From Eledone cirrhosa (Eukaryota), in NCBI GenBank assembly GCA_964016885.1, contig OZ024740.1, positions 317,006,001 through 317,070,000 on the forward strand: DNA of 64,000 nucleotides, in the 5' to 3' direction. Within the stretch, counting starts at the first letter, position 1, and every line of letters begins with the position of its first letter. The notes under the pieces are model-generated. The model did no database searches. It had not been told where the DNA came from and saw nothing but the letters and a program-made list of their open reading frames with translations. Positions 1 to 12,540 of the stretch are shown here, piece by piece. The translations under genes were made by a program, and so were the position numbers.

Positions 1-442
1 ATACACATACGCATATGTACATACAAACATACATACACATAAGTAAACATAAACATTATAAACCATAGCATGTATCACAATGTTTTCTATAGGACCAATT
101 ATTTTGATAAGCATTAAAATAATCTACAACTTTTATTCACTGAAGTATAACCCAATCAGATAAACCAACACATATAGAATGTAATTATGAGATACAGATT
201 TCCTCATTGTTAAATATGTAAATTATAGAAAGAAGGAAGAAAATACTTTGCAGGCTATGTATTAATTACTGTTGTTGTTACTGTTGTTATTGTTACTATT
301 ATTGTTATTTGTTACTGTTGTTGTTTGTTTGTTCAGCCAATCAAGGACGTTTTTTTATATGTTTGCTCAAGGCTTATTACATTTAATACTAGAATTGCTT
401 TAATTTATGGCTAAACTAGCTGAGAGAGAGAGAGGGACGAGA

Positions 443-631
443 AATAATTGTTTCTACTTTTGGCACAAGGCCAGCAATTATTCCAGTGCATTACTGGTAC
501 TTTATTTTATCGACCCCGTAAGGATGAAAGGCAAAGTTAACCTCGGCAGGATTTGAACTCAGATTGGAAAGCACCGTAACTCTATGCATCAAAGCATGGC
601 GTCCAACCCTCTACCGATACTGCCAATCCAC
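443..631 (-). mobile_element. tRNA-derived SINE with Meta-like central domain
   Basis: Minus strand reads tRNA-like head (TGGCAGTATCGG...GAGTTCAAATCC), then GCCTTTCATCCTTACGGGGTCGATAAAATAAAGTACCAG and an AT tail; repeated many times in the window. Confidence 0.85.
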
Positions 632-816
632 GAGAAATAATGGACCATTTCCCCATATAGCAGATTTAACTCTCTTGTGGTACCAAACTGCTTGGAACCA
701 ACCCTGGTTCAATGATACTAGGGTTTCCATTTTAAACTGTTTATATTTATCTCAAATCCTTCTATCAAAATTTTGTGGAAGAAATTTTGTTAAGATATGC
801 TTTAAATTACTGGATA

Positions 817-1043
817 AATAATTGTTTCTTATATAGGCACAAGGCCAGCAATATAGGGGGAGGGGAAAGTCGATTAAATCGACCCTAGTGCGTGACTGGT
901 ACTTTATTTTATCGACCCCGTAAGGATGAAAGGCAAAGTTAACCTTGGCGGGATTTGAACTCAGATCATTTAGGACTGTAACTCTATGCAGCAAAGCATG
1001 GCATGGTGTCTGGCCCTCTACCGATACTGCCAATCCACCGCCC
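817..1043 (-). mobile_element. tRNA-derived Meta-like SINE, full length with target-site duplication
   Basis: Same head and central motif as 443-631; flanked by direct repeat TTAAATTACTGGATAAATAAT at ~802-822 and ~1044-1064. Confidence 0.88.
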
Positions 1044-1091
1044 TTAAATTACTGGATAAATAATGAGAACATTTTTTTATATTATTGAATT

Positions 1092-1282
1092 GTTGGACAG
1101 ATTTTATGGACAAAACCAACTCGGATAGACCCTGAGGAAGATGGCTGGATAACATCGATGAACTTGGCTGGTCTTGCTTGGGGATCTAGCTGGAACAATT
1201 GGAGATGGCTGCTTTTGACAGAATCTGCTGGAAGGAGTGTTTGAGGACTCTGCCTCCATGACCTTCTCAGGAAGAAGTGGGT
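1092..1282 (+). mobile_element. 3' fragment of a non-LTR (RTE-like) element with (GAA)n tail
   Basis: Degenerate RWLDNI...AAFDR..W C-terminal motif; homologous copies at 14595-14830 (-) and 25740-25915 (+); followed by (GAA)n. Confidence 0.6.
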
Positions 1283-1297
1283 GAAGAAGAAGAAGAA

Positions 1298-1328
<31 letters not shown>

Positions 1329-1427
1329 AAGAAGAAGAAGAAGAAGAAGAAGAAGAAGAAGAAGAAGAAGAAGAAGAAGAAGAAGAAGAAGAAGAAGAAG
1401 AAGAAAAAGAAGAAGAAGAAGAAGAAG
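1283..1427. repeat. (GAA)n microsatellite
   Basis: Direct reading; a second (GAA)n at ~2034-2104. Confidence 0.97.
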
Positions 1428-1679
1428 ACAACAACTACGACGGCAACAATTACTAAATCCTTATAAATTCTTGATTATTTTCAATATGATTCAAAAATTG
1501 CAGGCAATGTTTTACATCATATTTTGGAAAGTTTGTTCTGTAATAGCCTATATTCCGCGCGCTAGAAGTAGCAGCCAAATCTTCCTAAAATTACCTCATA
1601 TTAATTTAATCCAGCTCTCGTAATCATGCAATCATCCCAGAACAGACATTAATATGATAGCATAATGTTTTTAATAATT

Positions 1680-1950
1680 ATTTTATTTATAGAAAAATAA
1701 AAAAATAGATTGGGAAGAAAGAATGGAATGTAAAATAAGAAAATATAAAAAACAGAAAAGGAAGGGAAAGGCAAGGACTCTAGTGTCACAGAAGAATTGT
1801 GAGGGGAAGGGGGAGAGGGGGAGCTCTGGGTCAAGGGCGCAGTGGTGATGGGGCTGTGTCCCGCAGACAAGACCACAAAAGCATTCCCACGGACAATGGC
1901 TGCAACAGCTACCCCACCCCGCAGGCTCCTTCCTCAGATGGGTCACTAAC
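1680..1950 (-). mobile_element. Probable LINE 3' UTR remnant
   Basis: GC-rich island that on the minus strand runs into a pyrimidine-rich tract, AATAAA and an (ATT) tail; no ORF support. Confidence 0.35.
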
Positions 1951-2574
1951 AATTATTCTCAACATATCAGAGATATTCAGTTGGCAGGTGTTTATAATTA
2001 TTGTTATGGTGTCTATCCATAGAAGAAAGAGTAAAGAAGAAGAAGAAGAAGAAGAAGAAGAAGAAGAAGAAGAAGAAGAAGAAGAAGAAGAAGAAGAAGA
2101 AGAACAAAAATCAATAACTATCTGACAATGACAGGAATATTAATAAACTGCTGTGAAGCCTTATTAAATAGATAATGTTGTGAATGACATTTGTAACTCC
2201 TTCCAAGAAACTACTGGTTGCCTACTGGCTACTGTAGTAGTAAAGATATAAGAAGATAACTTAAGATAAGACAATACATAATAAGATAAGACATAAGATA
2301 TGTAAAGCTATAATTATATAAAATTCTTGAAATATATTAAGTTTGTGTTGTGCTTGTGATGAGAAGTGGTTTCTGACATTTCAGATGGAGTCTTTCAGAT
2401 TTACTGTGGTGGAATGGCCAAGGCAGTGGGTAGAACTATTTATTAATAGGGGTGGAATGGTCAGGGTAATGGAAGGGCTGAACCATTTACATCAGACAGT
2501 ATTTAGTTAGTTTTTATGTTCTGAGTTCAAACCCAGCTGAGCTTACTTTTACCTTTTATCCTTCAGTAATAAAG

Positions 2575-2695
2575 TATGAGGGTTGGCTAAAATGTTCATA
2601 GGTTGACCAAGATACTCTCATGGAATGACCAAATGAGATTTATTTTTATTGTTCAATATAGTCCTTGGAAAGAAACAATGCAGTTATTGATAATA
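2575..2695 (+). mobile_element. Partial mariner-like MITE
   Basis: TATGAGGGTTGGCTAAAATGTTCATAGGTTGACC matches the ends of the 12056 and 27001 copies. Confidence 0.7.
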
Positions 2696-2778
2696 TTAAG
2701 GTTTATTATAATATACCACAGTTATTACTAACAGCAGGTTTATTATAATATATATAATATATAATATATAATGAAATT

Positions 2779-2880
2779 ATTGTGTACAGTGCTCAGGTGC
2801 ACTACAACTCATCAAAGGTGCATGTATAGTACATAGAATAATGTACAAATTTCAGGAAAATGAACAGTGTATGAGTCATG

Positions 2881-2917
<37 letters not shown>

Positions 2918-4060
2918 TAAATATTGTGTACAGTGCTCAGGTGCACTACAACTCATCAAAAAGTGTATGTACAGTACATAGGGCAATGCACAAACATCAG
3001 GAAAATGAACAGTGCACGAGTCATGATACACACAAGTGTGCATGTGTATGGAAGGGGTACATCAGGTGTAGTTTTGGCGTATTTCGGGAAGCATGAGTGT
3101 CTTAAAGGATGCAGTGTCTCGGCAGCTAACAACTGACGCAGGCAGTTTGTTCCATGCTTCAGCAACTCTGAGCGTGAAAAAATGTCTACGAAAGTCATGG
3201 GAGCTGTGCTGTTTTCTGATTTTGTAGGCATGTCCACGTGTGTTAGACACATGGAGATCAAAAAGGTGCTCAGGGTTGCAATTGGCGAGATGGTTAATAA
3301 CTTTGTGGGTATTTACCAAGTCCATTGCCAGACGTCGGAGCTTCAATGAATCCATGCCCAGGGAAGCAAGGCGTTCAGAGTATGGTAGGTGTCTGATGGA
3401 GGGTATGCGCTTGGTTGCACGTCTCTGAACAGTTTCCAGGAGGTCAATGTTCTGAGCAAGATAGGGGTTCCAGACGGATGATGCGAATTCCAAGTGTGGT
3501 CGTGCCATAGCTGTATATAGTTTTAAATAGATGGCTGGAGAGCGGCTAACAAAGGTCTTGCTGAGTGATGCCAAGACACCCTCGGCCTTCTTGACAATCT
3601 TAGAGACATGCTTTGTCCAACGCAAATCGCTGCTGACAATAATGCCCAGGTCACGTTCACAAGAGGACTTCTTGATATCAGTGTTGTGGAGGGAGTATGT
3701 GGATACTGGATTTTTCCTCCCAAAATGCATGGTGGTACACTTGTCCACAGCCAGCTTCAGTTGCCAGTCTGTGATCCATTGCTGCATTGTGTCCAGGTCT
3801 GATTGTAGGAAAGAGTTGTAGATTTCAGGATCAGTCCTTTTGATTTCAAGGTACAGCTTGATGTCATCTGCATATTTCAGTACTGTGGCATTCTTTAAGT
3901 TGGCGTCTATGTCATTAATATATGCCACAAACAAAAGGGGACCAAGAACAGATCCCTGTGGTACACCAGATGACATCTCATATGGTGAAGAATGCTGTCC
4001 TAGAACCGTCACTACTTCTTTTCGGCTGAGAATGAAGAATTTCAACCAGTCGAAAAGATC
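2779..4060 (-). mobile_element. 5'-truncated CR1/L2-group LINE (RT C-terminal half, 3' UTR partly duplicated)
   Basis: ORF 3062-4108(-) has GVPQGSVLGPLLF, YADD, MHFGRKNP, RPHLEFASSVWNP, TRGH and FFTLRV..WN.LP; (TTA)n tail at ~2885-2915; 3' UTR segment repeated at 2779-2883 and 2923-3027. Confidence 0.9.
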
Positions 4061-4742
4061 ATAATATACCACGTTATTACTAACAGCAGGATTATTATAA
4101 TATACCACAGTTATTACTAGCAGCAGGTTTATTATAATATACCACAGTTATTACTAGCAGCAGGATTATTATAATATACCGCAGTTATTACTAACAGCAG
4201 GATTATTATAATATACCACAGTTATTACTAACAGCAGGATTATTATAATATACCACAGTTATTACTAGCAGCAGGTTTATTATAATATACCACAGTTATT
4301 ACTAGCAGCAGGATTCTTATAATATACCACAGTTATTACTAGCAGCAGGTTTATTATAATATACCACAGTTATTACTAACAGCAGGATTATTATAATATA
4401 CCACAGTTATTACTAACAGCAGGTTTATTATAATATACCACAGTTATTACTAGCAGCAGGATTATTATAATATACCACAGTTATTACTAGCAGCAGGATT
4501 ATTATAATATACCACAGTTATTACTAGCAGCAGGTTTATTATAATATACCACAGTTATTACTAGCAGCAGGTTTATTATAATATACCACAGTTATTACTA
4601 GCAGCAGGATTATTATAATATACCACAGTTATTACTAACAGCAGGTTTATTATAATATACCACAGTTATTACTAACAGCAGGATTATTATAATATACCAC
4701 AGTTATTACTAACAGCAGATTTATTATAATATACCACAGTTT
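4060..4742. repeat. 39/40-bp minisatellite (~17 units)
   Basis: Unit ATAATATACCACAGTTATTACTA(A/G)CAGCAGG(A/T)TTATT; ~1.3 further units at 2700-2752. Confidence 0.95.
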
Positions 4743-4989
4743 AAGTATTACTAATTCACCAGCTGAATTTCCACAAAAATCTACCCAAAATATATTCAAA
4801 CAGAACAAAATCAGCCACAGAATAGCAAGAGACATTAAAGGAATTTTCAATTTGATTCTTCCTAATAAATATTCCCATCATAGTTTCTATAAACGACAGG
4901 CTTGTGGCTGCCAATAATTTCAATGTTTCACTTCAGTGAACACAAATTTGAATAAATCAATTCCATCCAAACTTCACTTTCTGCTGCTA

Positions 4990-4992
<3 letters not shown>

Positions 4993-5055
<63 letters not shown>

Positions 5056-5462
5056 AGAATCAGCCACAGTCACCCACCCACACACACACACACACACACA
5101 GAGTCAGCTACAGTCACACACACACACACATAGTCTCACACACACACACACTCAGAGTCACCCACAGTCACACGCACAGACACAGAATCAGTTACAGTCA
5201 CTTACACACACACACACACACAGAGTCTCTCACACACACACACACAGTCACACAGTCACATCCATACACAGTCACACACACACACACACACACACTAACA
5301 CATACACAGTCACACACACACACACACACGAACTAACACACACACAGTCACACACATACACACACAATCACAGACACACAGAGTCAGTTTCACACATTCA
5401 CACACATACACAGTCACACACACACACACACAGTCACCCCCCCCCCACACACATACACATAC
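4993..5462. repeat. (CA)n-rich compound microsatellite
   Basis: CA runs with CAGTCA spacers; a similar array lies at 8475-8905. Confidence 0.9.
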
Positions 5463-5814
5463 AATTACACAAAAACAAACAAACTCTGCTATTTGTTTTC
5501 ATTAGATATGGATGGCTCTAAGACCCAACATCTATATCTAGAATAAAAACAATAACGATAACTAACAAATAAATAATAATAAAAACAAAAGAAAGAAAAT
5601 AAGAATGAAGTAAACAAAGACGAAACAAAACAAAGCAAAAGAACAGAAGAAAAAATAATAATTTAATCAATGTTTTACTGAGAAAAACTGATTTATGGCA
5701 GAAGTGAAGGAAACCTCGTTCTTCCAAATTGCTGACAACGTCAAATAGAATAGTTTGAATTAGTAATTGTAGTTCTGTTTCTCTCTCACATAGACACACA
5801 TAAACAACAGCTAC

Positions 5815-7465
5815 AGTAGTGGTGGTGGTGGTGGTGGTGGTGGTAGTGGTGGTGGTGGTGGTGGTGGTGGTGGTGGTGGTGGTGGTGGTGGTAGTGGTGG
5901 TGGTGGTGGTGGTGGTGGTGGTGGTGGTAGTAGTGGTGGTGGTGGTGGTGGTGGTGGTGGTGGTGGTGGTAGTAGTGGTGGTGGTGGTGGTGGTGGTGGT
6001 GGTGGTGGTGGTAGTAGTGGTGGTGGTGGTGGTGGTGGTGGTAGTGGTGGTGGTGGTGGTGGTGGAGGTGGTGGTGGTAGTGGTGGTGGTGGTGGTGGTG
6101 GTGGTGGTGGTGGTGGTGGTGGTGGTGGTGGTGGTGGTGGTGGTAGTAGTAGTGGTGGTGGTGGTGGTGGTGGTGGTGGTGGTGGTGGTGGTGGTGGTGG
6201 TGGTGGTAGTAGTAGTAGTGGTGGTGGTGGTGGTGGTGGTGGTGGTGGTGGTGGTAGTAGTGGTGGTGGTGGTGGTGGTAGTAGTGGTGGTGGTGGTGGT
6301 GGTGGTGGTGGTGGTGGTGGTGGTGGTGGTGGTGGTGGTAGTAGTGGTGGTGGTGGTGGTGGTGGTGGTGGTGGTGGTAGTAGTGGTGGTGGTGGTGGTG
6401 GTGGTGGTAGTGGTGGTGGTGGTGGTGGTGGTGGTAGTAGTAGTAGTGGTGGTGGTGGTGGTGGTGGTGGTGGTGGTGGTGGTGGTGGTAGTAGTAGTAG
6501 TGGTGGTGGTGGTGGTGGTGGTGGTAGTAGTGGTGGTGGTGGTGGTGGTAGTAGTGGTGGTGGTGGTGGTGGTGGTGGTGGTGGTGGTAGTGGTGGTGGT
6601 GGTGGTGGTGGTGGTGGTGGTAGTAGTGGTGGTGGTGGTGGTGGTGGTGGTGGTGGTGGTAGTAGTGGTGGTGGTGGTGGTGGTGGTGGTGGTGGTGATA
6701 GTAGTAGTAGTAGTGGTGGTGGTGGTGGTGGTGGTGGTGGTGGTGGTGGTGGTGGTGGTGGTAGTAGTAGTGGTGGTGGTGGTGGTGGTGGTGGTGGTGG
6801 TGGTAGTAGTAGTAGTGGTGGTGGTGGTGGTGGTGGTGGTGGTGGTGGTGGTGGTGGTGGTGGTGGTGGTAGTAGTGGTGGTGGTGGTGGTGGTGGTGGT
6901 GGTGGTGGTGGTGGTGGTGGTAGTAGTAGTAGTGGTGGTGGTGGTGGTGGTGGTGGTAGTAGTGGTGGTGGTGGTGGTGGTAGTAGTGGTGGTGGTGGTG
7001 GTGGTGGTGGTGGTGGTAGTGGTGGTGGTGGTGGTGGTGGTGGTGGTGGTAGTAGTAGTAGTGGTGGTGGTGGTGGTGGTGGTGGTGGTGGTGGTGGTGG
7101 TAGTAGTAGTGGTGGTGGTGGTGGTGGTGGTGGTGGTGGTGGTGGTGGTGGTGGTGGTGGTGGTAGTAGTAGTGGTGGTGGTGGTGGTGGTGGTGGTGGT
7201 GGTGGTGGTGGTTGTGGTAGTAGTAGTAGTAGTAGTAGTAGTAGTAATAGTAGTAGTAGTAGTAATAGTGGTGGTGGTGGTAGTATTATTATTATTATTA
7301 TTAGTAGTAGTAGTAGCAGTAGCAGCAGCAGCAGCAGTAGCAACAACAACAACAACAACAACAAATACAACAGCAACAGCAGCAGCAATAACAACAACAA
7401 TAACAATAGCAACAGCAGCAGCAATAACAACAACAACAACAATAGCAATCTCAGCAGCAACAACT
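5815..7465. repeat. ~1.4-kb (GGT)n/(AGT)n array grading into (AGT),(ATT),(AGC),(AAC)
   Basis: Direct reading; the poly-P and poly-V ORFs are artefacts. Confidence 0.97.
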
Positions 7466-7499
7466 AGATCCCACCCTCAATGCTAGCTGCTGCCTCATC

Positions 7500-8070
7500 A
7501 CAGGCTGCCTGAAATCTTCACCTATGAACCGGCTGTATATCCTGACAGACATAGCCCCACCAGAGATTCGACGAAGTGCAGCAATCAAGAAAAAGCATCA
7601 GCAACAGACTACAGATCAAAAACATCCTCTCTTTGGCCATGTGCCAACCAAAAGCTGCCTTAAATTCAAGAAAAGTTTCCTAAAGAGCATCACACCCCTT
7701 GGAACATCAACCATAAGTAGTGAAAGAGTCACTCGCTGGGAAGAAAAACATAACAACCTCCTATCTGTAACTACAATGGAGCTAAAGGTGAGTGAGGCAC
7801 TGCCCTCCTGGAGCAAATACAAACTATGCAGTGTAGAAATGCTTCAACAGATTAAGATCTGGTGTTGGACGTGCAAAAGTCACTCTTGAAAAATGGGAAT
7901 ATTTAAAGGATATTTAAAGGATGGGGACGTTGTGTGATTGCAGCATCGAACCACAGACTATGCAGCACCTCCTGATATTCCCCCTGCTCAAACACCCCAG
8001 CAGAGCATTGCACTTGGTAGTGTTTCATGAATAAGGAGAGCAATGTGTTCAGCTGTGGCAGAACCACATC
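7500..8070 (+). mobile_element. Degenerate C-terminal fragment of a non-LTR retrotransposon (I/Ingi-like group) with a CCHC-type knuckle remnant
   Basis: LYILTDIAPPEIRR, HPLFGH, LKFKKSFL, then out of frame LNRLRSGVGR and CDCSIEPQTMQHLL. Confidence 0.65.
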
Positions 8071-8105
8071 TAGATAAGCTTTGTAACTGACACTCTTGTG
8101 GACAC

Positions 8106-8372
8106 AAGAAGAAGCAACAACAACAACAACAACAACAACAACAGCAACAGCAACCGCAACAGGAAGAAGAAGAACAACAACAACAACAGGAAGAAGAAGA
8201 AGAAGAAGAAGAAGAACTACAACAACAACAGCAACCACAACAGGGAGAAGAAGAACAACAACAACAGCAGCAACAACAACAGGAAGAAGAAGAAGAAGAA
8301 GAAGAAGAAGAAGAAGAAGAAGAAGAAGAAGAAGAACAACAACAACAACAACAACAACAATAGCAACAACAG
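8106..8372. repeat. (AAC)n/(GAA)n compound microsatellite
   Basis: Direct reading. Confidence 0.92.
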
Positions 8373-8813
8373 GAATGGCTTCTAAAGTCTCCAATTTAGA
8401 CTGTTGGGTGGGGATTGGTGGTGTAGTAAATTTAATTGATCTCCATATTTTAATGTTACTTATTTTAATGATCAGTGACACATACACAATCACTTACAGA
8501 CACACATACACCGAGTCACACATACACAGTCACACACACACACATACACACACACACATCACACATACACAGTAACACACACACACACTCACATACACAC
8601 ACACACACACACACATCACTCATACACAGTAACACACACACACATCACACATACACAGTAACACACACACACACACACATCACTCACACACACATCACAC
8701 TCACACACACATCACACTCACATCACACATACACAGTAACACACACACACACACACTCACACACACATCACACTCACACACACATCACACTCACACACAC
8801 ATCACACATACAC

Positions 8814-8853
<40 letters not shown>

Positions 8854-9050
8854 CACACATACACAGTAACACACACACTCACATACACACACACACACAC
8901 ACATATAACCAGCATAAACGAACAAAAGACAAAGGTGACCCTGATTTGAACTCAAAAACACAAAGGAATTTAACTAAATACTGCAAAGTATCTTGTTGGA
9001 AACTTTACCAATTCTGCCATACACCACCCTAACAACAATAACAACAACAA

Positions 9051-9236
9051 TAACTGTTTCTACTTTTGGCACAAGGCCAGCAATTACCCAGTACATTACT
9101 GGTACTTTATTTTATCGACCCCGTAAGGATGAAATGCAAAGTTAACCTCGGCGGGATTTAAACTCAGAATGGCAAGGGCCGTAACTCTATACGTCAAAGC
9201 ATGGCGTCCGACCCTCTACCGATATTGCCAATCCAC
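9051..9236 (-). mobile_element. Meta-like tRNA SINE
   Basis: Closely similar to the 443-631 copy. Confidence 0.85.
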
Positions 9237-9239
9237 AAC

Positions 9240-10135
9240 AATAATAATAATGCTTTCTTTATTAACCACAAGGGTTTACACAAAGTAGACATTAAGGACA
9301 GTACAGGACAATACAGGACGGTACAAAAGGGCATTTCTGCATGTAAAAAAACAAAAAAACAGAGGATGTAATAATAGAACAATGAAAAAATTCCCCAATA
9401 GGGGGGGAGACTTCCGAGAGCCATCGTGGAGAAAGCCCATTAAAAAGCCACGGTGACCCTGACCACCAGGGCAATTGCCCTCTCCCAGTTTTCCACCTTC
9501 AATTTACAGGCATATACTCAGAGTATGTCCACTCACTCGGGCCAAACTTGCCTCTCTCACCCATATTTCAACAAAATGCTGGGAAGAGAGCACCTCCCTC
9601 TTTACCCTGATTTTCCTCTTCAAATGAAATTGAAAAAAGTTAATCAGGGCATCACCGAAGAGGTAAGTGCTCATCTTCAGCCCTTTCAGACGTGTCCACC
9701 ATACTATCTCTTTCGCCATGGCCACCAGACAGATAAAAACTGCCTGCCCTTCCTGGCTAAAGGAAGAGGGCGGGGCAATCCTCACAATGGACTCAGCTGA
9801 TAGTTGGATCCGTCCTACATGCGACAGCAGGTGTTCGACATAAACCCACAAGTCAGCAATGCTCGGACACTGGATGAGTGCATGCAGGACGGTTTCGTCG
9901 CCCTGCGCGCATCTCGGACATGCCTGGCTGACGGCACCTCCAAGCCTGTAGAGTTTATCCCGAACTGGCAAAGCTCCTCGGTAGCACTGCCAGGCCAGGG
10001 ATTTCTGGAAGTTGTCCATAGGCCCCGGCCCGAAAGTTCTTCCGAAGAGATTGGCTAGTTGATTTTTGTCGACGCCTAGAGTTTCCCCAAGTACGTCGTC
10101 GCTCTTCCCCATGACAAATCCCTGACCTATCTAGG
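9240..10135 (-). mobile_element. 5'-truncated L1/Tx1-clade LINE 3' end (zf-RVT region)
   Basis: ORF 9504-10112(-): LAWQCYRGALPVRDKL...CPRCAQGDETVLHALIQCP (Cx2Cx8Hx4C); 3' UTR with AATAAA and (ATT)n tail. Confidence 0.85.
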
Positions 10136-10139
10136 AGAT

Positions 10140-10217
10140 CTGTAGCCACTGCTTCAGTACAGACTTGCTCTATATAGACCTGTCCAACCTTTATTAGCAG
10201 GGAAAGCAGATGTTAAA

Positions 10218-10260
<43 letters not shown>
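10140..10260 (+). mobile_element. RTE-type 3' tail (SINE/LINE end) with (ATG)n
   Basis: GACCTGTCCAACC...GCAGATGTTAAAA(GAT)n; similar to 23750-23850. Confidence 0.55.
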
Positions 10261-10261
<1 letters not shown>

Positions 10262-11172
10262 ATAGTCTATGTTAATCAATAACAATACAATCAGTAAACA
10301 GATTCATTAGTACTGCTTCAATAATTACCCCCACCATCACCACCATCCATCTTTCTATCTATCTGTCTGTCTGTATGTCTGTCTGTCTAGCCATCTATTT
10401 ATCTATCTATCTATTTATCTATTCAACTATCTCCTCTGGCACATTACCACCACCACCACCACCACCACCACTACTAACAACAACAACAACAGCACCACCA
10501 ACACCATCACCATCACCATCACCATCACCATCACCACCTACTATCATTATCATCATCTTCATTATCACCAAAACTACAATGACCACCAACACCACCACCA
10601 CCACCACCACCATCATTACCCACTATCATTATCAACATCATCATCTTCATTATTACTAAGAATACAATGACCATTGCCCCTTTCCCTCATCCCACCACCA
10701 CCACCACCACCACCACCACCACCACCACCATCACCACCACCACCACAACCATCATCACACCACCACCACCACCACATGTATCCACTGCACCACCGCCACC
10801 ACCACTACCATATGTATACTAAAGAGGCTATTTTTAAATATCTCATCATTTTTAGACATTGATTATTATTGATTATATTATTGATTATCATCTTTTTTTC
10901 TTATTTTCTTTCTCATTCCCACTTTAAACTGACACTGAATAAAATGGAGGAGATATTTCAAAGAAATTGATAGCAGAGTAGAATAAACGTTACAAATTAA
11001 ACTCTTTTATACCTCAATTATTCACATGAGAGTCAAACATTATCGAGACATGAGTGTGAGATCAAACTGTTATTATTAAATTTATTTTTTGTTTCCTATT
11101 CATCCATTTATCTTAGTTTGGTTCTAAGTTAGTTAAACACTAACTTTTGCAACAATCCCAAACGTAGATTAA

Positions 11173-11562
11173 CCCTTTAGCATCTATGTATGTATGGTCC
11201 CGTAACTCTTGATAGAGTTGTAAAGGTGCAGTATTGACATATGGCATTTCTTGGGCACTTTAAGCCTGGCGTCGCCCGTCTCTTTCCAGTCCGGAATACA
11301 GCAGATTTCTTCCAGAGAAAGATAGAAAGTGAGAGAGAGAAAATGAGAAATTCTATATTTACTATTGTATTTTTATAGTAAAGGATTTATTTTACATAAT
11401 CATCTCGCATAATATCGAATCTATGAGATTTTGATGTTATTTATTTTGAAAATAATACTTTAACATCAGTATGAACCACCAATTACGGCCAATTACAGCC
11501 AGTTTGAACAGAAAGAGATGAGAGAATTCTGGTCAGATACTGCTGGTTTAAATGCTAAAGGG
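11173..11562. mobile_element. piggyBac-like MITE
   Basis: TTAA|CCCTTTAGCAT ... ATGCTAAAGGG|TTAA: terminal inverted repeats with TTAA target-site duplication. Confidence 0.8.
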
Positions 11563-11715
11563 TTAAAGTTAGTCCCTGAACCTGTATAACCTACCTTATA
11601 ACATAGCTCCAACAACAAATCTATTACAATATGCTTCTATATAGTTTCTATCTATTAGATTTCACACATAAGGCATTGGTCAACCTAAGGCTATGGTAGA
11701 ATACACTTTCCCAAA

Positions 11716-11910
11716 GTGTCAGGAATCCCAGTGGGTGGAAGCTGCAGTAGAGGTAGACCAAGTAAGATCTGGGCAGAGGTGGTGAGAGCTAACCTGAAAT
11801 CGCTGAGACTCACAGAGGAGATGACAAAGGAATGTGGTGTGTGGAGAGATGCTGAGCTGAAAAGGACCTGTCTAACCCATACAAGCATGAAAAAAAATGG
11901 GCGTAAAAAA
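11716..11910 (+). mobile_element. RTE-like 3' fragment
   Basis: GSCSRGRPSKIWAEVVRANLKSLRL...W motif followed by the TAACCCAT..AAGCATG tail. Confidence 0.7.
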
Positions 11911-12055
11911 GAAGACAATTAATTTGAATAAAATGGCACCTCTCTTCCCTTCATACCATAAACATATGTATATTTGCTTAATGGTTATTCCAGCCATGGG
12001 CCAGAGAATAAACAACAACAGCAAGATGGAGGAACACTGTCTGGCATAACAGCCT

Positions 12056-12518
12056 ATAAGGCTCGGCTGAAAAGTTCATAGGCTGACCAAGATTCTCTTA
12101 AGGAATGATCAAATGAGGTTTACTTTTCAACATAGTCACTGGAAAGAAACAATGAAATTATTAATAAAAGTTGAAATTAAAGCATGTAAGATTTCACAGC
12201 TCTAGCATCACTCCTTCATAGGCTGACCAAGGTACTCTCATGGAATGACCAAATGAGGTTTATTTTTCAACATAGTCCCTGGAAAGAATCAATGCAATTA
12301 TTAATAAGAAGAGTTGAAATGAAAGCATGTAAGATTTCACAGCTCTAGCATCACTCCTTCATTGGCTGACTAAGATACTTTCATGGAATGTCCAAATGAG
12401 GTTTATTTTTCAACATAGTCCATGGAAAGAAGCAATGCAATTATTAATGCATACACGATTTCACAGCTTTAGCGTCACTCTTTCATTGTCAGCCTATGAA
12501 CTTTTCAGTTGACCATCA
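12056..12518. mobile_element. Mariner-like MITE with internal ~140-bp triplication
   Basis: Ends GGCTGAAAAGTTCATAGGCTGAC ... GTCAGCCTATGAACTTTTCAG; the internal unit (CATAGGCTGACCAAG...CATCACTCCTT) occurs three times. Confidence 0.8.
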
Positions 12519-12540
12519 TATTTTTATTTAACATACATGT

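Noticed and set aside
4060-4742. CRISPR-like periodic repeat
   Set aside because: Contiguous tandem units with no unique spacers, no cas genes, eukaryotic context
4750-5799. Short minus-strand open frames in unique sequence
   Set aside because: No recognisable motifs; weak splice sites
5811-7486. 550-aa poly-Pro and poly-Val ORFs
   Set aside because: Translation of a trinucleotide array; no unique coding sequence
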